Source: Mustelus asterias
Lineage: Eukaryota
Direction of reading: 5' to 3'
DNA length: 64,000 bases
Assembly: GCF_964213995.1 (NCBI RefSeq)
Contig: NC_135815.1
Coordinates: forward strand, 33,356,001-33,420,000
The notes below the pieces were generated by a model. That model was not told the DNA's origin. It saw only the letters and a list, made by a program, of their open reading frames with translations, and made no database searches. A program made the translations under genes and the position numbers. The stretch's first letter is position 1; every line of letters starts with the position of its first letter. Of the stretch, positions 37,891-51,234 are shown in pieces.

Positions 37891-40120
37891 TGAACCATAG
37901 AAAAGCTGCAGCGTACAAGGAGGCCATTCAGCCCATCTTGTTTATGCCAGCTCATCATCTTGCCCATAGCCCTGTAACTTACAGCACCGAAGGTGCAGAT
38001 CCAGGTGTTTAGGGTCTCTGCCTCCACCAGCAACTCGGGCAATGAATTCCAGACGCTCACTACCCTCTGCAAAAAAAAAAGACCTTCCTCATATCCCCTC
38101 CACACCTTCTGCCACTTATCCTGGGTTTAGAATTCTCCAACAAGGGAAACAATTTTATCTTGTACACTCTATCTCTTCCCCCTCATTATTTTGTCCATCT
38201 CGATAAAGTCACCCCTCAGCCTTCTTTATTCCAAGGAAAATAATCCCACCCTATCCAATATCTCCCCATAGCTACACTTGTCGAGCTCTGGGCACATTCT
38301 TGTAAACCTCCTCTGCATTGTCTCTCCAGAAAAGTTACGTCCTTCCTGTTATGTGGTGACCAGAACTGCACACACTAATCCAATTGTGGCCTCAGTGCTT
38401 TATACAATTCTAATCTTTTTTCCTCGTTTTTATATTCTTTACTTCTGCCAATGAAGGAGAGTGTTCCATATGCCTTCTTGACAACCTTGTCTACTTGAAC
38501 TGCTGCCTTTTGGGACCTGTGCACTTGTATGCCAAGAGCTTTCACTTCATCTATCCCTCTTAATATATTCCCATTTATTGTGTTTTCCCTATAACTGTTT
38601 GACCTCCATAAATGCATGAACTCTGTGGTAAAACTCTTCTCTGTGTTAAAATCCATCTGCCTCTTTATGCCCACTCCACCAACCCATCTATATTGTTTTG
38701 GAGATTATAGCTATCCTCCACATTACCATTACTTGGCCAACCTTTGTGTTGTCTGCAAATTTCCCAATCGTGTCCCCTGCATTCACGTTGAAATTGTTAA
38801 TATATAGCACAAACAATAAGGGTCCCAACACCAAGCCCTGTGGAACACCATTTGAAACGAGTATCCATTCGCAATGACATCCATCGACCATTACCCTTTG
38901 TTTCCTGTTACTTAGCCAACTTTTGATCCAGTTTGCCACATTACCCTGTATCCCATGGGCTTTTATTTTTTTGACCAGTCTGCCATGTGGGACCTTGACA
39001 AACACTTAGCTCTAATCCATGTATACAATACATTCATCAACCCTCCTTATCACTTCCTCAAAGAATTCAATCAAATTCGTGAGACAAAATCTTCCTTTCA
39101 CAAATCCATGCTGACCATTCCCTGATTAGTCTGTGCCTTTCTATGTTAGTCCTATCACTCAAGATTGATTCTACTAATTTGCCCATCACCGATGTAAGAC
39201 TGACAGACCTATAATTGTTCGGCATTTCCTGTGATTCCTTTTTAAACAATGGAATTATGTTTGCATTTCTCCAGTCCTCCGGTACCTCTGCTGTGTTCAG
39301 TGAGGATTGGAAAATCACCTGTTATCTCTTCCCTGACCACCTTCAGGAGCCTCGGAAACCATCCATCTGGCAATGGTGGCGTATCAACTTCCAAGGATTC
39401 CAATCCTTCACATACTGTCTTTTTGATTCTCCTCTCCAATATCTCAGTGTTCCTGCTGACTTCTATATCTGCATCATTCTATTCCTTTGTAAACAGAGAC
39501 AAATTATTCATTTATTCATTATTCACAGCACCTACATGCAAATTTCCCTTCACCTCTGATAGGTCCCACTTTTTCATTAACAAATATATGACCATTAATA
39601 TATTGGTAAACATCTTTGGCTTTTCTTGAACTTTAATTGCTAATCTTTTTTCATGCCCTCTTTGTCCTCATTCCCTTTTTTACTTGGTCCTTGCACTTGC
39701 TATATTCACCTAGGCTAGCTGCAGTGCTTTGTTCTTTGCGCCTTTCATGCACTTTCTTTTTCTGTTCGATTTTCACCACCTATTCCTTTAGATAACCGGG
39801 GATCTAGATTTGGCAGTACGACTCTTAATTTTGGAGGGGACGTGTCCACTTTGCACGTGTAGGATCTCGCTTTTTCGTGACTCCCACTGGTCTTCCACTG
39901 ATTTATCGTCTAGCAGTGCTGTGCAATCCACCTCAGCCAGCCAAGCCCTTTCTCATTCCTGCAAAATGTGCCTTCCCCGAGTTCAAAACTTTTACTCCCG
40001 TGTTGTCTCTGTCCTTTCCCATGCATTGTGATTACTATCCCTGATATGGTTGCCCACTGTCACTTCACCCACTTGCCCTTTTTCATTCCCCAAGACTAGG
40101 TTGAGAATTACATACCCTCT
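37891..40120 (-). mobile_element. CR1 LINE ORF2, ~2.2 kb, frameshifted
   Basis: ORF pieces VPEDWRNANIIPLFKK, KVPHGRL, GVPQGLVLGPLLF, FADNTK, LYKALRPQL, QRVVSVWNSLP. Confidence 0.9.
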
Positions 40121-40169
40121 CGTTTGTCGCTAATTGGTTGAAAAACAATTGCTGTTCTCACTGCATGAA

Positions 40170-41660
40170 TTTTCTCAGTTTAGTGAAAAGGAGGAATTGA
40201 AGGAAATTAGTATTCATAAAATAATAGTGTTGGATAAATTGATTGAACTGAAAGCTGACAAATCCCTGATCATCTACACCCCAGGACACTGAAGAGGTGG
40301 CCATGGAAATAGTGGACACAGTGGTTGTAATCATTCCAACTTGGGTAGATTCTAGGAGAGTCCCAGCATATGGGAGGGTGGCATGTAACACCACTATTTA
40401 CAAAAGGAGGGTAGGAGGAAACAGGGACTTATAAACCAGTTAACCTAACATCAGTAGCAGGCGTCTGTTAGAAATGATGTGATAACAGGGCATTTAGAAA
40501 ATATCATCTGGAATAGACCAAGTCACGATGGATTTATGAAAGGGAAATCATGTTTGACAAACCCTACTGGAGATTTTTTGAGAACATATATGAGGGAGAA
40601 CCAGTGATGTGATGTATTTGGATTTTCAGAAAGCTTTAGTCCCACACAAGAGATTAGTGTGCAAAATTCAGCGAATGGGATTGCGGATAAACATTGGCAT
40701 GGATTGAGAATTGGTTACCAGACAGGAAACAAAGTAGGAATAAATGGGTCTTTTTGAAGTGGAAGGTGGTGATTAGTGGTGTATCACAGGGATCAGTGCT
40801 TGGGGCCCATTCACAATATATATCAATGATTTGGATGAGGGAATTAATTGTAATATTTTCAAATTCATCGGTGACACAAAAGTAAGTGGAATTGAATATG
40901 AAGAGGAAGTAAAGAGGCTTCAAGATGATTTATCTAAGTCGAGTGAGTGGGCAAATTCATGGCGGATGCAATATAATGTGGATAGAATCATAGAGGTTTA
41001 CAACATGGAAACAGGCCCTTTGGCCCAACTTGTCCATGCCGCCCTTTTTTTTTTAAACCCCTAAGCGAATCCCAATTGCCTGCATTTGGCCCATATCCCT
41101 CCATACCCATCTTACCCATGTAACTGTCTAAATGCTTTTTAAATGACAAAATTGTAACCGCCTTTACTGCCACCTCTGGCAGCTTGTTCCAGACACTCAC
41201 CACCCTCTGTGTGAAAGAATTGTCCCTCTGGACCCTTCTGTGTATCTCTCCTCTCACCTTAAACCTATGCCCTCTAGTTTTAGACTCCCCTACCTTTGGG
41301 AAAAGATATTGACTATCTACCTTGTCTATGCCTCTCATTATTTTATAGACCTCGAGAAGGTCACCCTTCAGCCTCCTATGCTCCAGAGAAAGAAATCCCA
41401 GTTTATCCAGCCTCTCCTTATAACTCAATCCATTAAGTCCCGGTAGCATCCTTGTAAATCTTTTCTGACTCTTTCTAGTTTAATAATATCCTTTCTATAA
41501 TAGGGTGACCAGAACTGTACACAGTATTACCAATATCTTGTATAACTTCAACAAAACATCCCAACTCCTGTATTCAATGTTGTACACAATAAGTGTGAAG
41601 TTATGCACTTTGGTAGGAAAAATAGAATGGCAGTGCATTATTTTAATGATGGTAGATTGG
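40170..41660 (+). mobile_element. Older CR1 RT region, interrupted at 40985-41588
   Basis: GFMKGKSCLTN, SGVSQGSVLG, FIGDTK; ...AATGTGGATA|AGTGTGAAGTTATGCAC rejoins across the insert. Confidence 0.8.
40985..41588 (-). mobile_element. Younger CR1 3' end nested in older CR1
   Basis: ORF 40988-41449 (LSYKERL, RRLKGDL, RGHRFKV, TQRVVSVWN); closely similar to 34168-34760. Confidence 0.9.
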
Positions 41661-41774
41661 CAACTGTAGCAAGTGGCTGTTGTTCCACCTGGAGGAAGTT
41701 TTACAGTGGTGTTCCCCATACCTGCTGCTAGACCGCACCGTTTTTCTTGGTGATGTTGTCTTGGGTGCCTGGGC

Positions 41775-42140
41775 ACAATTTCAAAATTTGCAAATGATGC
41801 AAAACTTGGAAGTCAAGTGTTCAACTTCAGATGGACATGAGGTAAATTAAACTTAATGCAGAGAAATATGAAATGGGACAGTCCTTTTGGTAGGAAGAAT
41901 GATGACAGGCAAGGGTGCAATTTTGGAAGAGGATGGTAGAGACATGGGGTATAAGTGCACATAATTGTTCAAGGTGACAGGGAAGATCAGGCATACAAAG
42001 GTGTATGGGATTCTAGGCTTTATTTAACAAGGCATAGAGTCTAAAGGCAAGGAAGTTATGATGAATCTTTATTAAACACCACCTTGATCTCAATTGTGTC
42101 CAATTCTGGGCACTGCACTTGAGGAAGGATGTGGAGGAGG
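41775..42140 (+). mobile_element. Decayed CR1 RT fragment
   Basis: TISKFANDAKLG and CVQFWALHLRKDV remnants. Confidence 0.6.
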
Positions 42141-42763
42141 AAGTTTGCTGAGATGGAAATTGGCTGGAAACTGAATTTGGGGTGAGATATGATGTTGAGG
42201 TTCTAAAGATTCTTTCAGCATGATCTAGTGACAGAAGAAACAGATGTATATTTATGTAGTACTCTAAATCTGAAATAATGAATCAAAGTAATGCTGTAGA
42301 AACAAAATCTCCACCACTTCTATCGAAATTTATTCACTGCAGGTGGAGTAGATTCTTCAGTATGTAAAATAATTAATCTTGGACAGCTCTACTTAAACTA
42401 TGTCAAGCTGAGCAAAAATGTTTGTGTAATTTATTAGACATCCTTGCAGTCACATTGAAATATATCTCCTCATTCAGTTATTTGAGCCTCACAATAGACC
42501 ATAGGAAAGTAATGGCTGGGTTTCCAACCTTGGCAACTGAGTGGTTAGTTAAATGGGCTGCCAAGTCATACTGCCTCATTTCTCTTGCTTTGATGGATCG
42601 TTGATGAGTTTTGCTGTCAATCAAGATGGATGGGCTTGTGCTGCACTTGTTGAATTTGAAGGTGGTAGTGTGAATATTGCATTACACAAGTTTAGAAATG
42701 AAGAAATACACAATGATACATTAGATGTAGCTCATATCACACATAATTTCATGTTCAACTAAT

Positions 42764-43028
42764 GGGCGGCATGATGGTTAGCGCTGCTGCCTCAGCGCCA
42801 GGGACCCGGGTTCGATTCCCGGCTTGGGTCACTGTCTTTGTGGAGTTTGCACATTCTCCGTGTCTGCGTGGGTTTCCTCCGGGTGCTCCAGTTTCCTTCC
42901 ACAGTCTGAAAGACGTGTTGGTTAGGTGCATTGACCCGAACAGGCGCCAGAATGTGGCGACTCAGGGAATTGGACAGTAACTTCATTGCAGTGTTAATGT
43001 AAGCCTTGTGATTAATAAATCAACTTTT
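42764..43028 (+). mobile_element. V-SINE type B tail, internally deleted
   Basis: B box GGTTCGATTCC, central domain, tail CAGTAACTTCATTGCAGTGTTAATGTAAGCC...AATAAA. Confidence 0.85.
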
Positions 43029-44336
43029 AAACCTCTTATTCATTTTAGAAACTTGCTGAGTGGTTTTTGATGTCCATTGTTTTTGGAGCAAGTTGTTGTT
43101 ATAAGCCCTTCAGCAACCAAGCCTGAAATTTCCAAAACACATTTCATGTGACGACCCTCGAACGAAAGGCTATGTTGACACAGTAATTGACAATATTGTG
43201 AATCATTGGCCCAAATTTTCTGTGGACGTTAATCTAATGATGGGCATTTGCTGTTTGACCAGGCCTTACACATTTGAGTGTATAATATTTGCAAGTTGCT
43301 GATAAGATTGCAGTGAGGGAAATGGAGAACCGTGACCTAAATGAGCAAGACAAGGAACTATTGTGTAATTCCTTTACCAATGAGATTGAAGGATTGTGCA
43401 AATAAAAGCACAAATATTGAGGGGGAAACGTACATTTGTGTGGTGAACTCAATGCCGAGTTGGAAGCAGAAAGAGGAATAGAGTGAAAAAAAGATTGGAT
43501 TAAAGGAGAATAACAAGTGATAGAAAGTAAAAGAAAAATATTCAAAAGCTTTAAAATCGTCACAAATTTAAAATCTCAAAGAATGAGCCTTAGCTTGTAA
43601 TTGCTAATTGTCAGTGCCAGAGAGGTTGTTTTGGAGTAATCGATGCTTGCCATGATGTTAAAGGTGAATTGAGTGTGAAAGGAGCAAGATTTAGCTTCCC
43701 ATCATTAATTTAAGTAGATTGTGCTTGAAAATACAAACTATCTACTGGGGAGAAATTAAGTTGGTCACCTTCACTGATCCAAAGAGCATGTATTGTGATA
43801 ATTGAGTAATTGCATTCTCCAAGTTTTGGCTATTTTAATTTGGTAATTGAGTTCTTTTCAGCTCCATTCAGTGGAATTTTAACCACAGAAAAGAGTTATG
43901 TACCTACATTTACATAGAGTGGAAAAAGTGAATAACAGATGCATTTCAGGGGTAGTTAGGTAAGTACATGAGAGGAAAATGAATAGAAGGTTATGTTGAT
44001 AGGGTTAGATGAAGCAGAGTGAGAGAAGGCTTATGTGAAGCATATCTACTGGCATACACTAGTTGGATGAGATGACCTGTTTCTGTGCTGTAATCCTTTG
44101 CATTCTTATCTACCATGTAAATACAGCAACGCATGCTGTTCAGTACATTTTGAATGATGAGTTAGACAATGGGGTGCCATTTTTTTCAAACGAATGACGA
44201 GTGGCATGTCTCTGCCGCAGTAACTATGCAGCTGCCTTTGCCCGAAGTGCTTGTGGCATTGACACGCACAAAAGCCATGAGCCTCACCATTACTTTAACA
44301 ACACATTATGGCCCCATTTATAATTTCTAGTTTGAT

Positions 44337-44440
44337 TCTGGTCCTGACCAAGTGTCACTGACTTGAAGCATCAACCCTGTTTCTCTCTCCTCAGATTCTG
44401 CCAAACCTGCTGAACATTTCCAACATTTTCTCTTTTCGTT
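44337..44440 (+). mobile_element. Decayed Penelope-like terminal repeat
   Basis: Degenerate hammerhead boxes (CTGACCA ... GAAG) followed by CAGATTCTGCCAAACCTGCTGAACATTTCC. Confidence 0.55.
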
Positions 44441-47400
44441 ATACATGTACAGCATTCAGAGCACTCCCATTCTGCATTGTTAGCAATCCTCGATCTGGCA
44501 GTTGAGGCACTCCATTCGGTTTTAATGAACTGGGTTGGAGTGTATGAAAACCTAGTAGTGTTCCAGGTTATGATTGCCATCCAGTAATTGCTGTTGAAAT
44601 TGGGCATGTGTTTGGACAATGTGGATACCTTTTTTTGCCCATGGATGTTCAAGGAGCACTTCAGGGAACTTTTGTTATCTTGTTTTGTTTTTGAGCCAGC
44701 AAAAAAAAGTTACTTCCTATACAGGCAGCCAAAAGAGAAGTGGAGTCCATCTGTTGGATAGTTTGATAAAATCTTGTGCTAAATATAAGTTTGTATTCTG
44801 ACAAACTTATAGCAAAAATGTCTCCTCCCTTCACTTTGTTCCTGTAGAAACAGGCAACAATAAAGTGAATTTGTTCTATGCCCACATCTTTAGCAATGAG
44901 TAGCTTACTGACTTTTTAAAATAAAACTATTGAAAGTTGATTACCACAATTCCGTAGGTTTGAAAATAAACAAAAAGACTTGTTTTAACTATTGTACTTC
45001 CTACTATTGTATATGTAAAGTCCACTTAAATTTGCACAAAACCTTTGCTACATGGATGTCAGGGGGAAGAAGGACTTGCATTTATAATAGTGTTCTTCAC
45101 CACCATTGGATTTCTCAAAAGTTATTGACAGCCACATGACCAATGAAAGTCTCCCCAGTGCAATTGTAATGGCTAACAGGCCAAAGGGCATCCAGTTGTT
45201 CCAAGAGTATAGGCATAATCAGTATACCAGATCTCGCACAGTAGGAGTCCGTTAGATAAGGTTGAACTTATCCTGGATGCATTTGAGCCTCCTCTAACCT
45301 CTCTGGGATTAAGATGTCAAGTAGCTGGGGTGGCATCTTGATCTGTGAAGTTGCACCTTAGCTGGAACGCTGGATCAAGGAGAGGCAAGTCACACAGACG
45401 CAGCTTGAGGGCTTAACAGTGTCAATTGAGAGCTCTACTCTTGTTGCCCATGACTCTTTTTAATCTGTTGGATCTATCAGTTCTTGGTGGGGGGCGGGGG
45501 AAGGAGGATTGAATAATGAAGCCTGCGCTCAGTGATGCGAGCTTGATGGCAGTGATCCAATTGAAGAGGAGAGGATGGCCCCGGCGCTGCCAGCACAGCT
45601 TCAAGAGGTGGCCTGGCCTGAGATCCGTTATCCAGGGGATAAGCAGTAAGACTTGGGAGACGAGAATGTCAAGCCCAGCCTAGGGAGGTGACTTGCACGA
45701 CCAAGGGTCTACCAAAGATGGTGATTCTATCTGGAGGTGAGCAAGAGATAATGCCCTGCACATCCATGCTTGTCAAAAGATGTGGTGGCTCATTTCTGCC
45801 GCGTTTTGTAATACCACATGGATTGGGAGGACAACTTCTCCCAGCTGGTCTTGGGAAATTGCAGTCTTTCACATCATTGATTTTTCTGTCCAAAATAGTA
45901 AGTCAATAAACTTTTGACAATTTTTGCAACTTCTTAGATAAAAGTTTATTAAGGACATGTGATTCAGATTGTAAGAAATGAGCCTTTTTGTGTTCTTAGC
46001 CTGTGTCTGGTACACTGAGAAGCAAATAAGCTGGAACACCTAGCTATTCTAGAAGAGTTCCTGCATGCATTATTAAATTGATGTGAAAGGAAGATAGATA
46101 ATTTAAATTAATCAAAACTGTGTTTAGAGAGACTTGTATTTTTAAAGTGCTTTTCACAATGCCTGAACTTCTCAAAGTTCCTTACAGCCAATGAATGTAC
46201 AGTGTTCTGATATTTAATAATTAGGTACTTAAAATAACAAGTCCCTTTGCCAGTTTGGTGCCCTTTCTCCTCTCCTTATGATGATGACTCCTTAATTATC
46301 TTTGTCAATACAGCGTATGAGGATATTTAAGTTTCAGTTCCCCATCTGTCTATGCAAATTGTACAGTCGATGGATCAGCTGGAGTTAAGAGATGCCACCT
46401 TTGTTTAAAAAACTCAAAGCTAATCCCACTGACCCTGATCATGATTTGTAGTCCTTCCTCGACCTTGCCTTAAATGATCTCTTGACTCTTCCCCCAAAGC
46501 TGCAGTTCCCTTTGCCTCAATCACGATCAGTGGCAAAGCACTGCATATCCTGCAACAAATGGGTTTCTTTGAACGTCACGACTTTGTATACGTATACCCA
46601 CAATAAATTCCAGACTATGTTCCTTCGCAAAAAAGTGAGCAATCTGGGTGGATTATCCGACAAGAGGATTCGAGCCAATGCTACGCAAGGAATCAAGAGT
46701 ATTTGCACACAGTTCCATATTGCAAAACAGACACTTGCACCCTGACTGAGCAACTGTGCTTAGTCACAGCATAGCAGCCTGTTTTGGAATGTCACAGACA
46801 GGGAATCCATGTGGCATCAAGACTTTTACTGTGAGCACATGTTGAATGCTGATCGGAAGCTGAAGCTGTCAATAGGCAGTCCTAACTCGAGCAGGTCCAT
46901 GGACTCCATCCACCATGTGCACTGACAGATGGGAAATTCTAAGTGAAGCATTTGTACTGCTGCACTGATCAGAACCACAGGATGTTGTATCCTAAATAAT
47001 ATACCAAACAATGGGTTCTGTGGGACTGCAGTCATTGCATTGGCACATACAACGCACTTGGATATGTAAGTGCAGACTGAGTTGTGACACACTATTGTAC
47101 AGTAGTTTAACTGATCCCTTGCTTTGGGATAATTGTAATTTAAAAGGTCTATTATACTGGTGCATACAGTACGCTCGGATATGAAAGTGTAGGCTGAGCT
47201 AAATCATTCTGGTGTACAGTAGTTTAACTGGCTCCTCACTGGGGTAATTTGAGAGGTCTATTATGCTGTCATCTATGTGACAACATAATATTGCTTACAT
47301 TAGTGACAGTGATATTTTTAATGTAAGACAATCCCATTCTGAGATTTTGTGATTAAGATGCGAGTCATAGAGTTGTTCACTTGAAATTTCCATTATATGA

Positions 47401-47620
47401 TTCATTTGGTTGACTCTTGGACGGATGGCTTGCCACTTTGGGTCCTCGGCTTTATAAAGGGCTACGAGAAAGCCTTTTTCAAATTGTAATTTTGCTGCCC
47501 AACACCACCTTTTGTCTTTGGAAAAAAATTTGAAAGCCTGTTATCGTCAGAAACCAGAGACTCTGACTGGGTTCTGATCTGATCTGTCCTGTTATCCTCT
47601 GGTGACTCCTTTAAGTCACA

Positions 47621-47923
47621 GGTGACAGGGTGGTACAGTGGTTAGCACTGCTGCCTCACAGATCCAGGGACTTGAGTTCGATTCCTGGCTTGGGTGACTG
47701 TCTGTGTGGAGTCTGCACGTTCTCCCTGTGTCTGTGTGGGTATCCTCCAGGTGCTCTGGTTTCCTCCCACAGTCTGAAAGATGTGCTGGTTAGGCGCATA
47801 GGCCATGCTAAATTCTCCCTCTGTGTACCCGAACAGGCGCCGGAGTATGGCAACGAGGGGATTTTCACAGTTATTTCAGTACAGTACTGTTAAAGTAAGC
47901 CTACTTGTGACACTAATAAATAA
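47621..47923 (+). mobile_element. V-SINE type B tail, full length
   Basis: Head with GAGTTCGATTCC, central domain, tail ...GTAAGCCTACTTGTGACACTAATAAA. Confidence 0.88.
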
Positions 47924-47988
47924 CGCTTAAGTGGCCATTCCACGTGCATTAGATTAGACTGTAAACATGGACAGAACAATTGCTGGAG

Positions 47989-48639
47989 ATCATCGAATCA
48001 TAGAATCCCTACAGTGCAGAAAAAGCTATTCGTCCCATCGAGCCTGCACCGACGACAATCCCACCGAGGCCCGTAACCCCACATATTTATTCTGCTAATA
48101 CACTTGAGGGCAATTTAGCATGGCCAATCCACCTAATCTGCACATCTTCGACTGTGGGAGGAAATCGGAGCACCCGGAGGAAACCCACGTAGTCAGGGGG
48201 AGAACATGGAAACTCCACACAGACAGTTACCCAAGGCTGGAATTGAACCTGGGTCCCTGGCGCTGCGAGGCAGCTGTGCTAACCTGGGGCGGCACGCCGG
48301 TAGCACAGTGGTTAGCACTGCTGCTTCACAGCTCCAGAGACCTGGGTTCGAATCCCGGCCCAGCTCACTGTCTGTGTGGAGTTTGCGCATTCTCTGTGTC
48401 TGCGTGGGTTTCCTCTGCGTGCTCCGGTTTCCTCCCCAAATCCAAAGATGTGCGGGCTAGGTTGATTGGCTATTCTAAATTTCCCCTTAGTGTCCTGGGA
48501 TGCATAGGTTCGAGGGACTAGTGGGTAAATATGTACGGATATGGGGGTAGGGCCTGGGTGGGATTGTGGTTGGTGCAGACTCAATGGGCCGAATGGCCTC
48601 TTTCTGCGCTGTAGGATTCTATGTGCCACCATGCTGCCC
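47989..48639 (-). mobile_element. HE1-like V-SINE interrupted by another SINE
   Basis: Tail-to-head sequence 47989-48284; the remaining head (TGTGCCACCATGCTGCCC) resumes at ~48622-48639. Confidence 0.88.
48287..48623 (+). mobile_element. HE1-like V-SINE, full length, nested
   Basis: GGGCGGCACG...GGTTCGAATCC...GGATTCTATG inside the minus-strand copy. Confidence 0.9.
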
Positions 48640-49044
48640 AAGGCAAGCTTAGTCATGTGTACTTCCTAGCAATGGCCATTTGATAGTGATCATGTTAAAT
48701 GATTTGCCTCCCAGCCTCCAACTTGCATTGCCCAGGGATGATCAGGCCTATTGCACACTCTGTACTCCCCTGGCCGACATCAACTTGCTGATCAAACTGG
48801 GAACCGTCCTGACTTCCATGGCTTTGTTACACGCGTGACATCGCATTTACCTACCAAGCTGTCAAAAACTTTTCGAGCAAAATCAGCACGTTAATTTAAT
48901 TAAGTAATTAAGTAATCCCCCCTCCTACAGTTATGGATGTTGCAAATGCAGTATTTATTGCTGAATTTTGCTCAAAGGATCAGAATTTATTGAATGAACA
49001 ATTCAAGTAGCAGAACTAATGCTTTACAGGACAACAGAATGAAT

Positions 49045-49275
49045 GGTTCAATTCCTGGCTTGGGTGACTGTCTGTGTGGAGTCTGCACGTTCTCCCCATG
49101 TCTGCGTGAGTTTCCTCCGGGTGCTCTGGTTTCCCCTCGCAGTCCAAAAGACATGCACTGGCCATGCTAAATTCTCTCTCTCCACCCGAACAGACGCCAG
49201 AGTGTGGCGGCTAGGGGATTTTCACAGTAACTTCATTGCAGTGTTAATGTAAGCCCACTTGTGACAATAATAAAT
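49045..49275 (+). mobile_element. V-SINE type B tail, 5'-truncated
   Basis: Starts at the B box GGTTCAATTCC; type B tail present. Confidence 0.85.
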
Positions 49276-49969
49276 TAAAATTAAATAGTTTGGAAAATAA
49301 ATTCTCATCTTGTGCATTTCTGTTCATTGTAAAGTTAGTTATTAGGTTTGTTATTACGAAAAGCTCAGAAGTAGAGAGACTCCTGGGTTTATGCATTAAG
49401 AACAAAACTGACTTTATTAAGTTATTAGTTGAGATTTGACAATTACTTGCACTTCAAGTCACCGTGTGAATCATTTCTATTCATAAAAGGTAATAACTAC
49501 TTCTGAATGAAAGCTATGATCTGATGGTCAAACCACATACGATGTGTTTGGTAGGGTATTCACAGTTTCATGAGTAGGCAAACCACATATTGGGATTCAG
49601 CAGGATGTAGATAAATTTGAGTAGGTGGATGAGGTTAAAAACGACAAGAAACTGGGTGGTGATGGTTTGCCATTATAGGTTGCAAGTCAAAATTAGTTGA
49701 GATTTATTAATATATTTCTTCGTCTGCAAACCACTTGCGAGAAGTTGTAGGACAAATGTTTCTGTTAACACTGTAGGGTCTGACTCTTTCACCTTCAGTT
49801 GTTTGGGCTTCTGAGGAGTTCTCTTGGGTATATTGGTCTATATTATTAATACAGAAGGGCTATGAATGAATACTCAATCAGAGGCAACACAAAACGAAAA
49901 CAGAAAATATACCTTACTCCATGAACAAGGAACACTAAATTTGATTTTCAAACGAGTGAACCTAGCTGT

Positions 49970-50690
49970 GTTACAGAAGCAGACCATTCGGCCCATTGTG
50001 TCTGTGTCAATTCTTTGAAAGAGCTATCCAATTTGTCCCACTCACCTGTTCTTTCCCAATAATGCCTGGAAGATTTTCTTTTCATGTATATATTTCCATG
50101 TAATAATTGGTATTTAATCTATTTGCATCACTTTCTTTGGTAATTCTCTTCACAATCATCATCATTTACTGTATGAAAAAAAGCTTGTTGTCACCCTCTC
50201 TACTTTTGCCAATTATCTTCAATCTGTGTCCCCTGTTGCTGGAAGACAATATCTCACTTAGTCTATCAAAACCCCCTCATAATATCCAAAATTTATTTAT
50301 TTTCTTCTTAACCTCTCTGCTCTGAGGAGAACAATCCCAACTCCTCCTGTTTTCTCCAAAATCTGAAGTCTCTCAACCTTTGGAATGTTACTCTTCATCC
50401 TCTCCAACGCCTTGTCATCCTTCCTGAAGGGTGATGTCCAGGGCTGGGCTCAATATTCTAGTTGAGACTTAACAGGTAATTTGTAAGGGTTTAGTAACTC
50501 TTTTGCTCTTCTCTGCCTCTGTTTATGAAAGCAAGAATCCAATATAGTTTCACAGCTGTACCAACTTGCCAGTCATCAGTGTTAACCTACTCCAGATGTC
50601 TGTTTCTGCATCCTTTTTACTATTATAGCACTTAATTTATATTGACATTGGTCATTCTTCCACCATAAATGCATCATTTAATACATTTGT
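49970..50690 (-). mobile_element. Decayed CR1 3' region
   Basis: Reverse complement of the CR1 tail (GACCATTCGGCCCAT) and decayed RT C-terminal sequence. Confidence 0.6.
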
Positions 50691-50954
50691 CAGACATAGT
50701 GTGTGAAATTCGTCATCCCAGAAATTGAGTATCTGTTCTGGGAAAAGAGGCAGAAACTTGCTTGGGAATAGGTGATAGAACTTTAATTGGATACCTTAGG
50801 GTTAGAACCACAGATCAATCCGGGAGGAAATGCCAATAGCATAAAATTGTTTAGTCTTCTGGGATACTTTCAAAATATATTTTAATAAATTCTGACCATC
50901 CCTCTTTTTCACTCTTGTCATTGCACTCTTGAATGTTATCACTGTTATGTACAA

Positions 50955-51145
50955 GACCGCAAGAAACTACAAAGGGTTGTGAACATAGCCCAGTCCATCA
51001 CGCCAACCAACCTCCCATCCAGTTACTCCGTCTGCACTTCCTGCTGCCTTGGAAAAGCAGCCAGCACAATAGAGGATCCCACGCAATCTGAAATCACGCA
51101 CCAAACGACTCAAGAACAGCTTCATCCCTGCCGCCATAAGACTAT
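50955..51145 (+). mobile_element. Rex1/Babar-like LINE ORF C-terminal fragment
   Basis: Translates as DRKKLQRVVNIAQSITPTNLPS...CLGKAAS and RTKRLKNSFIPAAIR. Confidence 0.7.
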
Positions 51146-51234
51146 ATATTAAGCTGAAATAAAACAGAAAATGCTGGAAAATCTCAGCAGATCTGAGTTT
51201 GTATTGAGGGGGTTCCAATGGATTGAAAAACATC

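Noticed and set aside
44337-44380. Functional hammerhead
   Set aside because: Both catalytic boxes are mutated (CTGACCA, GAAG) without compensation.
46400-47090. Possible RTE-type LINE remnant on the minus strand
   Set aside because: Only faint motif resemblance; cannot be supported without a database search.
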